Both the position numbers and the translations under genes were made by a program. This document shows, piece by piece, positions 38,405 to 50,328 of a DNA stretch of 64,000 nt (its first letter is position 1; each line of letters begins with the position of its first letter). Under the pieces are notes generated by a model that ran no database searches, was not told the DNA's origin, and was given only the letters and a program-made list of their open reading frames with translations. The stretch is from Centroscyllium fabricii. Lineage: Eukaryota. The DNA is taken from NCBI GenBank assembly GCA_051313645.2, contig JBNRSN020000019.1:48360001-48424000 (forward strand), given 5' to 3'.

Positions 38405-38655
38405 CATAGAGTCATAGAGTTTTTCAGCGCAGAAAGAGGCCCTTCGGCCCATCACGTCCGCGCCGGCCATCAAGCCCTGTCCATTCTAATCCCATTTTCC
38501 AGCATTTGGTCCGTAACCTTGTATGCTATTGCATTTCAAGTGCTCATCTAAATGCTTCTTGAATGTTGTGAGGGTTCCTGCCTCCACCACCCTTTCAGGC
38601 AGTGAGTTCCAGATTCCAACCACCCTCTGGGTGAAAAAGTTCTTCCTCAAATCTC
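38405..38655 (-). mobile_element. CR1 LINE 3' end fragment
   Basis: CATAGAGTCATAGAG tail, GGCCCTTCGGCC hairpin, and minus-strand RKNFFTQRVVGIWNSLPERVVEAGTLTTFKKHLD. Confidence 0.9.
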
Positions 38656-39658
38656 AAATTTTGAAGTCTTTCTTTATCAATAAGAAGAGCTTGATGTAGT
38701 TAACTTCCCGAGGACCAGCAAATTAGCTTGGACCACTGGGTAACATCTTTGCTCTCCATTCAGACTATCCAATAGTCATAATAGACAATAATGCTAACTT
38801 TACAACAGCAAATTAACCTTACCACTCCTAGAACAACCCTGACAGTGTTAATGGAAATGAAGAATACTGTGTTACCAGCACATTGTTGAATGGACTGAAA
38901 ATGCCACATTGTATATTTGGGGGGAGTGAGCAGAGGAAGCACAGGAGTGGTCTGCTTTGCACAGCTTCGCTCCCGGTCTTTAATACTTTAACTATTTGTC
39001 TGGATGATAGCAGAGGAAAGAAACACACAGCGAGACATCCATAACTTGAGATTATTGCAAGAAAATGGATTCACACACGTAATAATTGTGCTCGGCTTAT
39101 TCCAAATAAACTTCTGCTCACCAAGAAAAACTGAGCTCCTGTTTAAGTAGATCGGTTTTTTTCTTCAAATTAGCCTGAATATTTGTTCGATATCACTTCT
39201 GTGATTCTAGAGTTTGTGTTTGATAGGTCTGGTCGATTTCCATGTTGGGGGGAGGGACCGTTCAGAAAGGTCTTACAGCTTTTGGCCTTCAAAAACGAGC
39301 ATCTTCTTGAAACAGAGCATTTGCATCTCGAAGTGCTGCCTCATTGCTGCTTTTCTCGATCTTTATCGCAGCTCGAGTTTGTTGTGTTTTGTGACTACAG
39401 CAGGTAATTTCATTGGGTAAAGCTGTTATGTAAGATTACACGTGAAATAGCACTTTTAACAGCAGCAGAGTTTGTAAAAATGTGTTTGACTGTCTGGAAC
39501 AAGCAAAACAGGACAAAAATTAAAAAGATGTTAATTAGTTTGAAATTGAGGATGAGCACAAAATAATACAAATTTGGAATGAATATTTCTTTCAAGTGTT
39601 CAGCAAGGGAAGACATGAGCAACCTGCCCACCTCAAAGATATCCCAAATACAACCAGT

Positions 39659-39844
39659 GGGCAAAACGTTCAACTTTGGCAGGGATATATAATTGGCATT
39701 AGAGAATTGGCTGCCTATTATTCACTCCGCCCGATTTTCCTTTCCATTGATATCGACAGAAAGGAAAATTGGGTGGGGTATATAATGAGCAGCCGATCCA
39801 CTACCACCCGTTTTACGCCCTCGCTGAAGTTGAAGATTTTGACC
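39659..39844. mobile_element. Palindromic MITE related to 34295-34441
   Basis: TIRs GGGCAAAACGTTCAACTT / AAGTTGAAGATTTTGACC. Inner arms CCCGATTTTCCTTTC / GAAAGGAAAATTGGG. Confidence 0.75.
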
Positions 39845-39975
39845 AATGACTTCATTATATATGAGACACAAGTCCTTAATAGGTGCTTAAAACAAATAAA
39901 TGCATCGATTTATGGCTGGTATCTATCAGAGTACTGAGGAAAAACTAGAAAGGAGATCTGTGAGGCACGGACATT

Positions 39976-41479
39976 CAGGACCTCTCTCGCGTCAGGGGAT
40001 GTGCCTGAGGACTGGAGAACGGCTAATGTAGTACCCTTGTTTAAAAAGGGTAGTAGGGACAAACCGGGCAACTACAGGCCAATCAGTCTTACATCTGTAG
40101 TGGGGAAAGTAATGGAAAAAATTCTGAGGGATAAAATCAGTTCGCATTTGGACAACCAAGGTCTAATAAGAGACAGTCAGCATGGCTTCGTCAAAGGTAA
40201 GTCGTGCCTGACCAATCTGTTGGAATTCTTCGAGGAAGTAACAAAGAGGGTGGATGAAGGGAGTACTGTGGACGTAGTATATATGGACTTTAGCAAAGCT
40301 TTTGATAAAGTCCCACATAGGAGACTAATAACAAAGGTTAGAGCGCACGGGATACAGGGTAACTTGGCACAGTGGATCGAAAACTGGCTGGGGGATAGGA
40401 GACAAAGGGTAATGGTAGAGGGCTGCTTCTGTGACTGGAAACCAGTAACCAGTGGCGTCCCCCAAGGATCGGTTTTGGGACCCTTACTGTTTCTAGTATA
40501 CATCAACGATTTGGATATGGGAGTAGGGGGTACAATCAGCAAATTCGCTGATGATACGAAAATCGGAAGGGTGGTAAACAACGATGAGGATAGTAAGGGG
40601 CTTCAGGAGGATATAGATATAATGGTTAATTGGGCAGAAAAATGGCAAATGGAGTTCAACCCAGAGAAATGCGAGGTCATTCAATTCGGTAGACCAAATG
40701 GGGTAAGGGAATATACCATGAACAACAAAACGTTAAATAGGACCGAGGAGCAGAGGGACCTGGGGGTACAGGTGCACAGCTCCCTGAAGGTTGCTGGACA
40801 CGTTAACAAGGTGGTTAAGAAGGCATACGGAATCCTCGCCTTTATTAACCAGGGCATAGTATACAAAAGTAGGGAGGTAATGTTAAACCTGTATAACACA
40901 CTGGTGAGACCTCAGCTGGAGTACTGTGTACAGTTCTGGTCACCGCACTACAGGAAGGATGTGGCTGCCCTGGAGAGGGTGCAGAGAAGGTTTACCAGGA
41001 TGATACCTGGTCTGGCGGACCTATGCTACGAGGAAAGGCTGGACAGGCTGGGGTTGTTTGCCTTGGAGAAAAGAAGGTGGAGGGGTGACATGATTGAGGT
41101 GTACAAGATCATGAGGGGACACGATAGGGTAGACAAAGGGGCATTGTTTCCCCTGGTGGGAGAGTCAAGCACTAGGGGACATAGATTCAAGATCAGGGGG
41201 GGGAGGTTTAGGGGGGAGGTAAGGAGAAATTTCTTTACCCAGAGGGTGGTGGAAGACTGGAACTCCCTGCCTGTGAGGGTGGTGGAGGCAGGAACCATCA
41301 CAACATTTAAAAAATACTTGGACCAGCACATGAAGGACCATAACATACAGGGTTATGGGCCAGGTGCGGGCAACTGGGGTTAGTACAGGGAGGAGTTTTC
41401 CTGGGCCGGTGCGGACTGGATGGGCCGAATGGCCCTTATCCGCACTGTAAAATTTCTATGATTCTATGATTCTATGATT
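39976..41479 (+). mobile_element. Young 5'-truncated CR1 LINE
   Basis: Uninterrupted RT ORF, 3'UTR stem-loop (GTGCGGA..GGGCCGAATGGCCC..TCCGCAC) and (ATTCTATG)n tail at 41453-41479. Confidence 0.97.
40001..41383 (+). CDS. CR1 ORF2 reverse-transcriptase domain and C-terminus (5'-truncated, no endonuclease)
   Basis: 460 aa with NYRPISLTS, QHGF, DFSKAFDKV, GVPQGSVLGP, KFADD, RDLGV and LEYCVQFWSP. No stops. Confidence 0.93.
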   Translation: MPEDWRTANVVPLFKKGSRDKPGNYRPISLTSVVGKVMEKILRDKISSHLDNQGLIRDSQHGFVKGKSCLTNLLEFFEEVTKRVDEGSTVDVVYMDFSKAFDKVPHRRLITKVRAHGIQGNLAQWIENWLGDRRQRVMVEGCFCDWKPVTSGVPQGSVLGPLLFLVYINDLDMGVGGTISKFADDTKIGRVVNNDEDSKGLQEDIDIMVNWAEKWQMEFNPEKCEVIQFGRPNGVREYTMNNKTLNRTEEQRDLGVQVHSSLKVAGHVNKVVKKAYGILAFINQGIVYKSREVMLNLYNTLVRPQLEYCVQFWSPHYRKDVAALERVQRRFTRMIPGLADLCYEERLDRLGLFALEKRRWRGDMIEVYKIMRGHDRVDKGALFPLVGESSTRGHRFKIRGGRFRGEVRRNFFTQRVVEDWNSLPVRVVEAGTITTFKKYLDQHMKDHNIQGYGPGAGNWG

Positions 41480-44359
41480 ATAAGGGGCGCAGTGGACACT
41501 GGAAGGCGGCATTAATAGAATGGAAACAGGCTAATGTGATGCCTATATTCATAAAGGGTGACAAAACAGACAGAGGAAAATATAGCCCCATTAGTCTTTT
41601 TCATGTAAATGTATGGAATCAGTTATCAGGAGTAAACTTGAGAATTATCTCTACAACAGTAATCTACCTAACAGAGGTGACCATAGAATCAGCAGGGGAA
41701 GGTCCTGTTGGATCAACCTTCTAGCAACTTTGAGGAAGTGACAACCTAAGTGGACTGTGGAAAGTCCCAAGGCATGGTGCACCTTGTCTTCCAAAAGGCT
41801 TTTGATAATGCACCACATGAAAAGCTATTAATTAAATTCAAAGCTATGGGGATTTAGGGTAAATCCTGGGAATGGATAAGAAACTGGCTGAAGTGAAGGA
41901 AACAGCAAATACTCATTAGAGAAGTGATGTCAAAGTGGGGGGAAGTACAGATTGGTGTATCACAGGACTCAGTGTTGCGACTACTACATTTCTAATTTGC
42001 AAAATTGACCTAGATTCAAAAAATATATAAAGTGGTCAGATTTGCAGATGATACCAAACTAGGAGGGGCAGTGGAACTGGAGGAGGCAGCTCAGAAATTA
42101 CAGAATGAGTTTAACAAGATCTGAAAGTGGGCAGAACAATAGCAGATGAAATTTAATGTGGACAAGTGTCGAGTGCTACCGATGTGAAGAAAATGGATGA
42201 TACATGTACTTCCTCATAATGTTGAAATAGCTAAGGATGAAGCTGAAAGAGACTTGGGAGTCTTAGAGTCGACTTTAAATATGTCCAAGCAATGGAGGGT
42301 AGTAATCAATAAAACCAATAGGATATTGAACTACAAAGCCAAAACAGTAGAATACAAGACAGAGGAGTTAATGATCAAACGTTTTAGGGCTCTAGTCAAA
42401 TCACACCTTGAATACTGCATCCAGTTGTGGTCGTGAAGAAACAGAAGAGAAATTCAACTACTTGACTTGCACCAAATGAACAGACTGCTACCGGTTACTT
42501 GGTGATGTCTTCTATACATTCGAGAGATTTCAAAACTTCCTTTTTTTTTAAGGTCAAAGAAAAATGAGTTTTCAAAGTACAGAAGATCTCAAGTATTAGA
42601 AGATCATTGAAAGATGAGTCTGGACACCTGTTGATGGACAGCTGCCACCCCAGGTAATGAGTTACACTTGTCATCTAGATACACTATATTTTAGGGAGAC
42701 CTTATATCGGGGTGCACAGTGCCAAAGATTTTTTTGCCATGGACCTCTCAATGGCTTGAAACAGAAACTAAAGTGATCAAATTTACTGATGAATATTTTC
42801 AATGTTTTACATCAACAACATGAAAACTTGAATTCAGTCCATTGAAATCGTCAAAAAAAATCTTAAATTAAAAAAAATGTAATAAAATGAAAGAAAGTGC
42901 AGACCATTTCAAATTGTCTGGTGTTTGATGATTAGCGCAAAATGTTGAGACAGTTTATTGCTGCTGCTTGTGCCTTAAGATTATAACTCGCTTTCCTCCC
43001 TCCCTCTCTGCTTTGCTCCCAGTCACCAGACTGATGAAAACATGTAGAGATCGTGTGAACACAATCATTTGTTGCATAACGAACATGGGTTGTGGCAATT
43101 TGAGTAAATGATTAGTGCGAAGACGTGCCCAATGATTGGTCAGTAGTCTTGCCGTCAAGATAGCCAGAGTACACACTCTCGTGACTTAATGTTCAGACCC
43201 TGTTCTACCCAGTGAGTTCAGTGATATTATTGTGATAACAAAGCACAAACTGTTCTGTATTTTGGCCTTTATTTTAGCAGCAGGGAATTTTCCATACTGT
43301 TGGGGTGAAAAGATCTGTTGTGAAGTCAATTGCTAGCTTGCACCATCGTTTTATTCAATGGTTTGATGCACACAGATTCTGTAATGTAGATTACAAGGCC
43401 TCTCAACCACAGTCCACTATACCTGGAAATGTCACAGCACGTCAGTCTGTTTAAAAAAAAATCAACAATATAATTTAGAAATTGGAAAATGTTATGGAAG
43501 GAATATTAGCGTTGGATATTGTGAGACCAACAAAAATACATTTGAAACAAATGTACTTTGATTTTAACCTTTGAATGTATACTGCGAATAGGGCCATTAT
43601 TAGGGTATTTAATATATAAAAAAATCTTTTCAATTTTAGGAACCTGACCTGCTCTCACACTAGGGTGTTCACTGGTCATTATTAAGATGGCAGCACAGTG
43701 ATTTTACCAGAAGGTTCTAGCTTTTATTTAAAAAAAATATACTGTATGTATATTTAGGATCCCTATGTTTAATGACCCTGAACATTCAGTTCATTTAATC
43801 ATTGATAGGACAAATGCTTTGTTATCATGCAAATCTGTTCAGAAAGCAATGCTTTTGATGACTCCGGGACTTTTTAAGCAAAATTGTGGTACTAAGGCAG
43901 GAAACTGCTACATGTGGTAAGTGCAGAAATTTGTGGGATTTGTCGCAGCATGTTACTTTGCGCCATATTGTTTGCCCTAATCGTTTGATAGATAGAGTTG
44001 TGGCTATCCTGGGGTAATCAAGTCACCTATCACATTTCACACAATCTGAGTAGTCTGACCCGTTGAGGTTCTAGCTAGGATGCCAGATCAATCGGAGGGG
44101 CTGATGCAATGCAACAGTGAAATCAAGGGGTTTGAGGGTAAGGCTCAAGTCATGCACAAATATTATCTGAATCTTAATTACATTACAGTTTTTAAATTAT
44201 TTTCCTGTCTATTGTTTATAAAATAAACTGGAGTTTTTAAAATGTTGTCAAGTTTGGCAATGCTACTGTTTCTGGGTGTGGTCATGTGCTTTGAGCATGT
44301 GAGGTAAGGAAGTTGTAGCTATTGATCATGTCAGCAATCACCAACCTTTCAGTTAACCA

Positions 44360-44835
44360 AGGTGTCAGCTTGGGCTGATTGGTAGCACCCTTGCTTCTGA
44401 CCCAGAAGATTGTGGGTTCAAGCCCCACTCCAGACTTCAGCACATAATCTTGGCTGACACGCCAGTGCAGTATTGAGGGAAGTCTGAAGTGCCATATTTT
44501 GGATGGGACATTAAACCCAAATCACCTCTGCCCTCTCAGGTGGATGTAAAATATCGCATGGCACTATTTGAAGAAGTGCAGGGAAGTTCATCTGGTGTCC
44601 TGGTCGACAGTTATCCCTCAACCAACATCACTGAGACAGTTTAATTTGTTACTTATCTCATTGCTGGTTGTGGGACCTTGCTGTGTGCAAATTGACTTCG
44701 TGTCAATTATGTTTCTATGTGTTTTCCCTACATTACAATAGTGACTGCACTTCAAAAGTACTTCACTGGCTGTGAAATTCTATGTGACGTACTGAGGTTG
44801 TGAAAGGTACTATAAAAATGCAAGTCCTTTCTTTT
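44360..44835 (+). mobile_element. Deu-type tRNA-derived SINE (SacSINE1-like), full length
   Basis: tRNA-like head (GGTAGCACCCTTGCTTCTGA...GGGTTCAAGCCCC), core GTGCCATATTTTGGATGGGACATTAAAC...CATGGCACT, and L2-like tail TGAAAGGTACTATAAAAATGCAAG. Family name recalled, not searched. Confidence 0.8.
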
Positions 44836-45009
44836 ATTTTGATCATGTCCTTACATCAGTGGATAAAAATACCTGGCTCATCATCAATGATGTTGAAGAA
44901 AATGTCATATCAAGAGACATTTTTTAGTTCCCCTGATGGGTCAGTTAATAAATGCACTATCCGTGTGGCACTGAACTATACAGATTTACTGATCCTTGCT
45001 TAATGGGAG

Positions 45010-45150
45010 AAGGGCCCCTACAATTTGCCTCAGTTCTCCAGGGCGAATGAGAGAAAAATCAGCCAGAATTCCTGCTCCCGATTGCTGTGTAGTCACTTTA
45101 GGTGAGGACTAGAATACCCCCACAATTGAATAGTCAGTCGACCCTCGTTG
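45010..45150 (+). mobile_element. Ancient SINE fragment (AmnSINE2-like); a second copy lies at 46965-47075
   Basis: CTACAATTTGCCTCAG...AAAATCAGCCAGAATTCCTGCTCCCGATTGCT is shared with AAAATCAGCCAGGGTTCCTGATCCTGATCGCTATC at 46974. Confidence 0.5.
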
Positions 45151-45162
45151 ACTCGTTCACAC

Positions 45163-45307
45163 CAGTGTTCCCTATAAACTGCGCTGCCACTTGGCCGTGC
45201 AGCTGTCTGGAGCTCTCGCGCAGGCTGCTTGCCGGCCTTACAATAGGAAAAATCGCCCATGTGCGGAAATTTGAATTTGGCAGCGAAGCCCATTAAAGGG
45301 AACATTG
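45163..45307. mobile_element. hAT-type MITE
   Basis: TIRs CAGTGTTCCCT / AGGGAACATTG. Perfect 8-bp TSD GTTCACAC (45155-62, 45308-15). Confidence 0.9.
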
Positions 45308-45315
45308 GTTCACAC

Positions 45316-45980
45316 AACAACAACAACAAGCACCTGTATTTATATAGCGCCTTTAACACAGTAAAATGTTCCAAGCCGCTTCCTAGGAGTATTATAAGAC
45401 AAACATCTGATGCCGAGCCACTTAAGGAGAAATTAGGGCAGTCAAAGAGCTAGGTTTTAAGGAGCGTCTTAAAGGAGAAAAAAGAGTTGGGAGACGGCGA
45501 GGTTTAGGGAGGGAATTCCAGAGCTTCGGGCCGAGGCAGCTGAAGGCACGGCCACCGATGGTTGAGCGATTATAATCAGGGATGCTCAAGAGGGCAGAAT
45601 TTGAGGAGCGCAGATATCTCGGGGGTTGTGGGGCTGCAGGATATTACAGAGATAGGGAGGGGCGAGGCCATGGAAGGATTTGAAAATAAGGATGAGAATC
45701 GAGGCATTGCTTAACTGGGAGCCAATGGAGGTCAGCGAGCACAGGGGTGATGGGGTATGGGACTTGGTACAAGTTAGGACACGGGCAGCCAAGTTTTGGA
45801 TGACCTCAAGTTTGCGTAGGGTAGAATGTGGGAGGCCAACCAAGAGTGCGGTGGAATAGTCAAGTTCAGAGGTAACAAAGGCTTGGATGAGGGTTTCAGT
45901 AGCAGATGAGCTGAGGCAAGGCCAGAGATGGGCAAATGAGCTGAGGCAGGGATGGAGACGGGCAATGTTACGGAGGCGTA
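45316..45980 (-). mobile_element. L2-type LINE 3' fragment
   Basis: (CAA)n tail plus GTATTTATATAGCGCC. Minus strand reads GLPHSTLRKLEVIQNLAARVLT...LIFKSFHGLAPPYL. Confidence 0.88.
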
Positions 45981-47079
45981 GAATAAATAGTTTAAATGGA
46001 TAGTGGAGGGTGACTGACAGCTATGGAGCTGTACTCCAGAATGAGTCTGTTCCTTCAAAAGAAGGGGGGACAAAATGGAAAGGAAAGGCACTGAGGAGAG
46101 TGAAGAGCTTTCATCATGACAAAATCACTTTTAAGAAATGCAGGTTAAAATTTTGTGCCACAGTCAGGAAATGCATTGGCCAACTTGTAATGTTCTTCAG
46201 ATGAGAAAAAAGGATTGCAATCATTTTCTTTTAATGTCACTGCCTCTTTAACAAATATTTCTGGTGATTTTTGAATCGATACCTTTTGACTTTTCTTCTT
46301 GTCCTTTTACCATATTAAGATGAGAGTTGAGTTGAGCTGAGCAGAGCATAATGTGATGTTCACAGAAAGGTGTCGAGGAGCTTCACAACAGCAGGGAAGT
46401 AATTTGTAGTTAATTATCAGGAAATCATATGCCCATTATACATAATGTAGAGAGCAATGGATACCTATGATGGTTTACGGGCAGTAATTAAATCGAGGAG
46501 TTCAGATAATGTCATAAACCACACAAATCAGGTTATTATTGGTGACAGAACCTTGAGATCATAGACTTAAACATATATAATATATAAATACAGTTCATTT
46601 GTAAAGTGTGTTTCATTTCTATCTCTCCAATTTTTATTGTACATAACTAAGGATGGAAAGGTTCTATCAGTAAGGGTAGTTACTGGTAATAAATCCATGT
46701 GGCTGATACATGATGACATTTACATTATAAGGATCAATGATTGTGATCTTATTACTGTGAATTTATTAGGAACCAAGTTGCAGTTGAGTGCCATCACAGT
46801 ACTATACATCTTAGCAGTGGTTACTATTGGGGTTCAAATATTACAAGCCTTTTATTACCAATACCTCACCAGCAAAATGGAATTTTGAAGTCTTAGCTGG
46901 TTGTTGAAAAGTCCATTAAACAAACAGTAATCATTTTGTGCAGTATAGATTTAGTTCTTGAGCTTTGAGGGGGAAAATCAGCCAGGGTTCCTGATCCTGA
47001 TCGCTATCAAGGACCTCTGCTGCAAAGTGGCCATGTCAGTGTAGGGTGAGGTCAGAGTAGGTGTGATGACCCCTGTGGT

Positions 47080-47380
47080 TGTTTTCCTCCAACTCTGGCC
47101 TCTTGTGTATCGCTGATTTCCTTCTCCCCTCTATTTGTTGCTGTGCATTCAGCTGTCTCGGCCCTAAGCTCTGGAATTTCCTCCTCAAACTTCTCCGCCT
47201 CTCTAAGTCTCTCTCCTCCTTTAAGATGCCCTTCAAAACCTACCTCTGACTAAGCTTTTGGTCACCTGTCCTAATATTTCCTTCTGTGGCTCGGTGTGAA
47301 GTTTTGTCTGATAACGCTCTTGTGAGGCGCCTTGGGACATTTTACTATCTTAAAGGCGCTATATAAATACAAGTTGTTGC
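47080..47380 (+). mobile_element. L2-type LINE 3' end
   Basis: GGCCCTAAGCTCTGGAATTTCCTCC...AAAGGCGCTATATAAATACAAGTTGTTG, the reverse complement of the 45316 family. Confidence 0.85.
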
Positions 47381-47534
47381 TATCTTTACACAGGAAAAAT
47401 GTTTCCAAAATCATTTTAAAATTTATTTACAAATTGTAATAACATACATCACATGAGCAATTGCCATGACTTCATCTTCATGTGGAGACACATGGCTCCT
47501 TCCCTACCAAAACCAAGTTTGCCATACTGCAGTA

Positions 47535-47832
47535 CAGTAAACTCTTGTTTAAACGGCACTTTAACATCCGGAATACTTTAATAACCGGCAAAATAGATAT
47601 ACGTATTTCAATACAAAACAACACCTCAATAACCGGTAATCTTGCCAATTCTACCATACATTTAATGGAACATTCTGTAGGTGAGTACCCAATTTTACAG
47701 TACATTTCTTGATTTTAAAATTTTGTTTGTGTTAAAAATTGTCTTGGTAGCTATACCTCTCTTTTATCCAGAATTTTTCATCAACCGGCACCATCCTGGT
47801 CCCATAGGTGCCGGATAAGAAAGAGTTTACTG
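47535..47832. mobile_element. Tc1/mariner-pogo (Tigger-like) MITE
   Basis: TIRs CAGTAAACTCTT / AAGAGTTTACTG, flanked by TA on both sides. Confidence 0.85.
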
Positions 47833-48189
47833 TATATGGCATAGGTGAATAAAATTTACCACATAGGTGAATAAAATTCAAAATATTGATCCAATAGCAA
47901 AGGATTTATATCAAATCCTGCTTTGTTGTGTTGAATCTATTAACATTTATCTAGAACAGAGGAAGTTAGCAGTGTAATATGTGACATGGCTTCTCAAAAC
48001 AAAATTCAATTTAACTTCTGTTTTAGGTTAGACACCTTAAATAAAATTGTTTCTTTAAAAAGAAATGTATCAACTATTTTAACTTTATGAAATCAAATGG
48101 CTTGAATGATCCACTATCACCATTTTTAGGCGATGTCATCACCAGTCTGATGACTTCCCCTCCTCCTTTTGCATTCTTTCATTCCATTA

Positions 48190-48452
48190 CAGGTTGAGCA
48201 CCGGTAATCCGGCACCCGATGGTCCGGCACCTTCAGTGGTCCGGCACGAATAGAAACCGGCGCTCTTCAGTTTGCGGAGCAGCCGCTCAGCGGCACCACC
48301 GTTTCCTGCGACGGGTGGGCGAGCGCCGAAGGCGTCGGGCGTTTGGGTTGCTGCTTTTTTAGGTTCTCTAACTGTTCTATCCCCGGGCTCCCGCACCAAA
48401 GGTCCGGCACCAGCCTGGTCCCGAGGGTGTTGGATTACCGGTACTCAACCTG
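48190..48452. mobile_element. Tc1/mariner-pogo (Tigger-like) MITE, CpG-rich and probably young
   Basis: 21-bp TIRs CAGGTTGAGCACCGGTAATCC / GGATTACCGGTACTCAACCTG, TA TSD, repeated TCCGGCAC subterminal motifs. Confidence 0.9.
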
Positions 48453-50328
48453 TATTACACTTTTCTGTGAAAACAAAGCAAAGCACTCATTTAGTATCTG
48501 CACTATTCCTTCATCCTCCATCAGATTTTCTTTTTCATATCTAATTGGCCCTAACCTTTCCTTTGTATTATTAGATAAGAAAGGTCCAGACTGTGAAACT
48601 GGCTCGTATTTCCTCTTTCATTCTCACCAGTTTTAATTATTTTAAATTAGAGTCTCTCAGGGTTTTTTTTGCTGAGCTGTTTTGATTGTTACGACCCATG
48701 GCATAGCTGTTCCCCAGTTGAGAATACAGACACTCAGCGCTCTATCAATGCCAATCTGTAACTGGCCTCCAAGAGCAATCGGGAAATTCCTTATGATGTT
48801 TCACTCTTCTCCATCTTGCCCCCTTACGGCACCTTCCAACAATAGCGCAGCTGAATTAGCATATGAAGCCACAAGGACGCTTGCACACTGTGGCACCAGT
48901 TTTAGATTGCATGTTGTATAATGTTGTAAGATATGCATTTCTGCTGAAAATGTTCATGTGTAATATGTGGAACTGCAGGACTGTTTTTCTCTAGTTTTGC
49001 TAACCCCAGTATAATCTATTCACTTAAAATCAAGACCAAAAAAGAAAACCCGGGGAAAAACATTTAATATGTTAGTTCAGGGAAAAAGCAGAGTAGAATT
49101 ATTAACCAAAAATAATCCATATCTTTTCCAAATTCATAGAATGGTCTTTAAAATGCCCCAGTGAAACAGATTTGTAACATTTCTATACATTGGTTGTAAT
49201 CCTTCATTGTTTATGGTGTATCTTTGCATAATTTCACTTTTATAACTTGTTTTCATTTTATCATTGTTTTGATATTAATTGTGTGACAATTTTCAGTGTC
49301 AGTGCCCGTTACTAATTTCAGAAAGAGGTCTGTCTGACATAATCTGCCCCAATATGAGAAAACAATCGGCCAGTGAAGGAGATCTGAGGTAAATGGAACA
49401 ATGAGTACTTGAAGAGTATGCAACTATCTGTTTAAAATCGTTGGAACTGGAGTCCAAAATCTAGAGATTGCCGACCTACAGAAATAACAAGGACAAAAAT
49501 AGCAACACATCACACTTCATTTTTTCATTTGTTAAACAAATGAAATGAGAACAGGTTGTTGATGTCAATAATGAGAGGAGGGGTAGAAAAGAACTACTGT
49601 TGGCTCTAAAGCCAACCTCTAATTGTTCAAACCAGGCTAAAAATTCTCAGATGAACTGGTGCTGCAGGGCAAAAACTGGGACAGGAAAAGTACAATTTTG
49701 TGAGTTTAAATATTTGCCATAGAAAAAGATGGTCGGTTGGTAGTGAAGATCAAAATCAAAGCAATCAACTGATGAATGAAATTTGAGCCAAATTAAATTT
49801 TTCCGGGTTCCCTGTTCTTCCTGTTTTTGCCGGGTTTTTGGCTACGCTGACATTCAGGTCTGGGACCTTCCACATATGCTGGTACCAGTACTACTGGGAG
49901 CTTATTGTACTATATTGTAGTGAGGATAACAGCGTAGGAGCGGCCAAAACCCGTGACTTCAGCCCCAATGCACCAAGGGTAACTTCGAGTGAATGAAAAG
50001 AGGAGTGCCTGTTACTAGCATCAGCTGATCTGCTGGAAGTGCTTTACTTTGCAGCTCAAATCCTGGGGAAGCTTGAGCTACAGTAGGGATTTGGGATTGT
50101 TTATTTTTTACTTACACCTGGACAGAGCTGACCTTGCCTCTGAGAGATCATCGGGGTATATTCTCCCAACTATATTAAAACATTCTGATTAACAATTGTG
50201 AGATTCTCTTGTTTTCTATTTTAATGGAGGAGGCACAGTACAGAAAGGAGAATAAGGCTCCATTTGGGGAGGATGCATCTTACAAGATATTACTCCCCCC
50301 TCCCCCCCCCCCCCCCCCCCCCCAAAAA

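Larger units (their letters stand above)
39905..42470 (+). pseudogene. Old decayed CR1 RT copy (39905-39975 plus 41480-42470), interrupted by the young CR1
   Basis: Fragments EICEA / EWKQANVMPIFIKGDK / KAFDNAPH / RFADDTKLG / ERDLGV / HLEYCIQLWS with many stops and frameshifts. Confidence 0.85.

Noticed and set aside
43023-43211. Plus-strand exon or snoRNA (pyrimidine tract, CTGATGA)
   Set aside because: All frames are closed and there is no matching D box or terminal stem. Splice motifs alone are insufficient.
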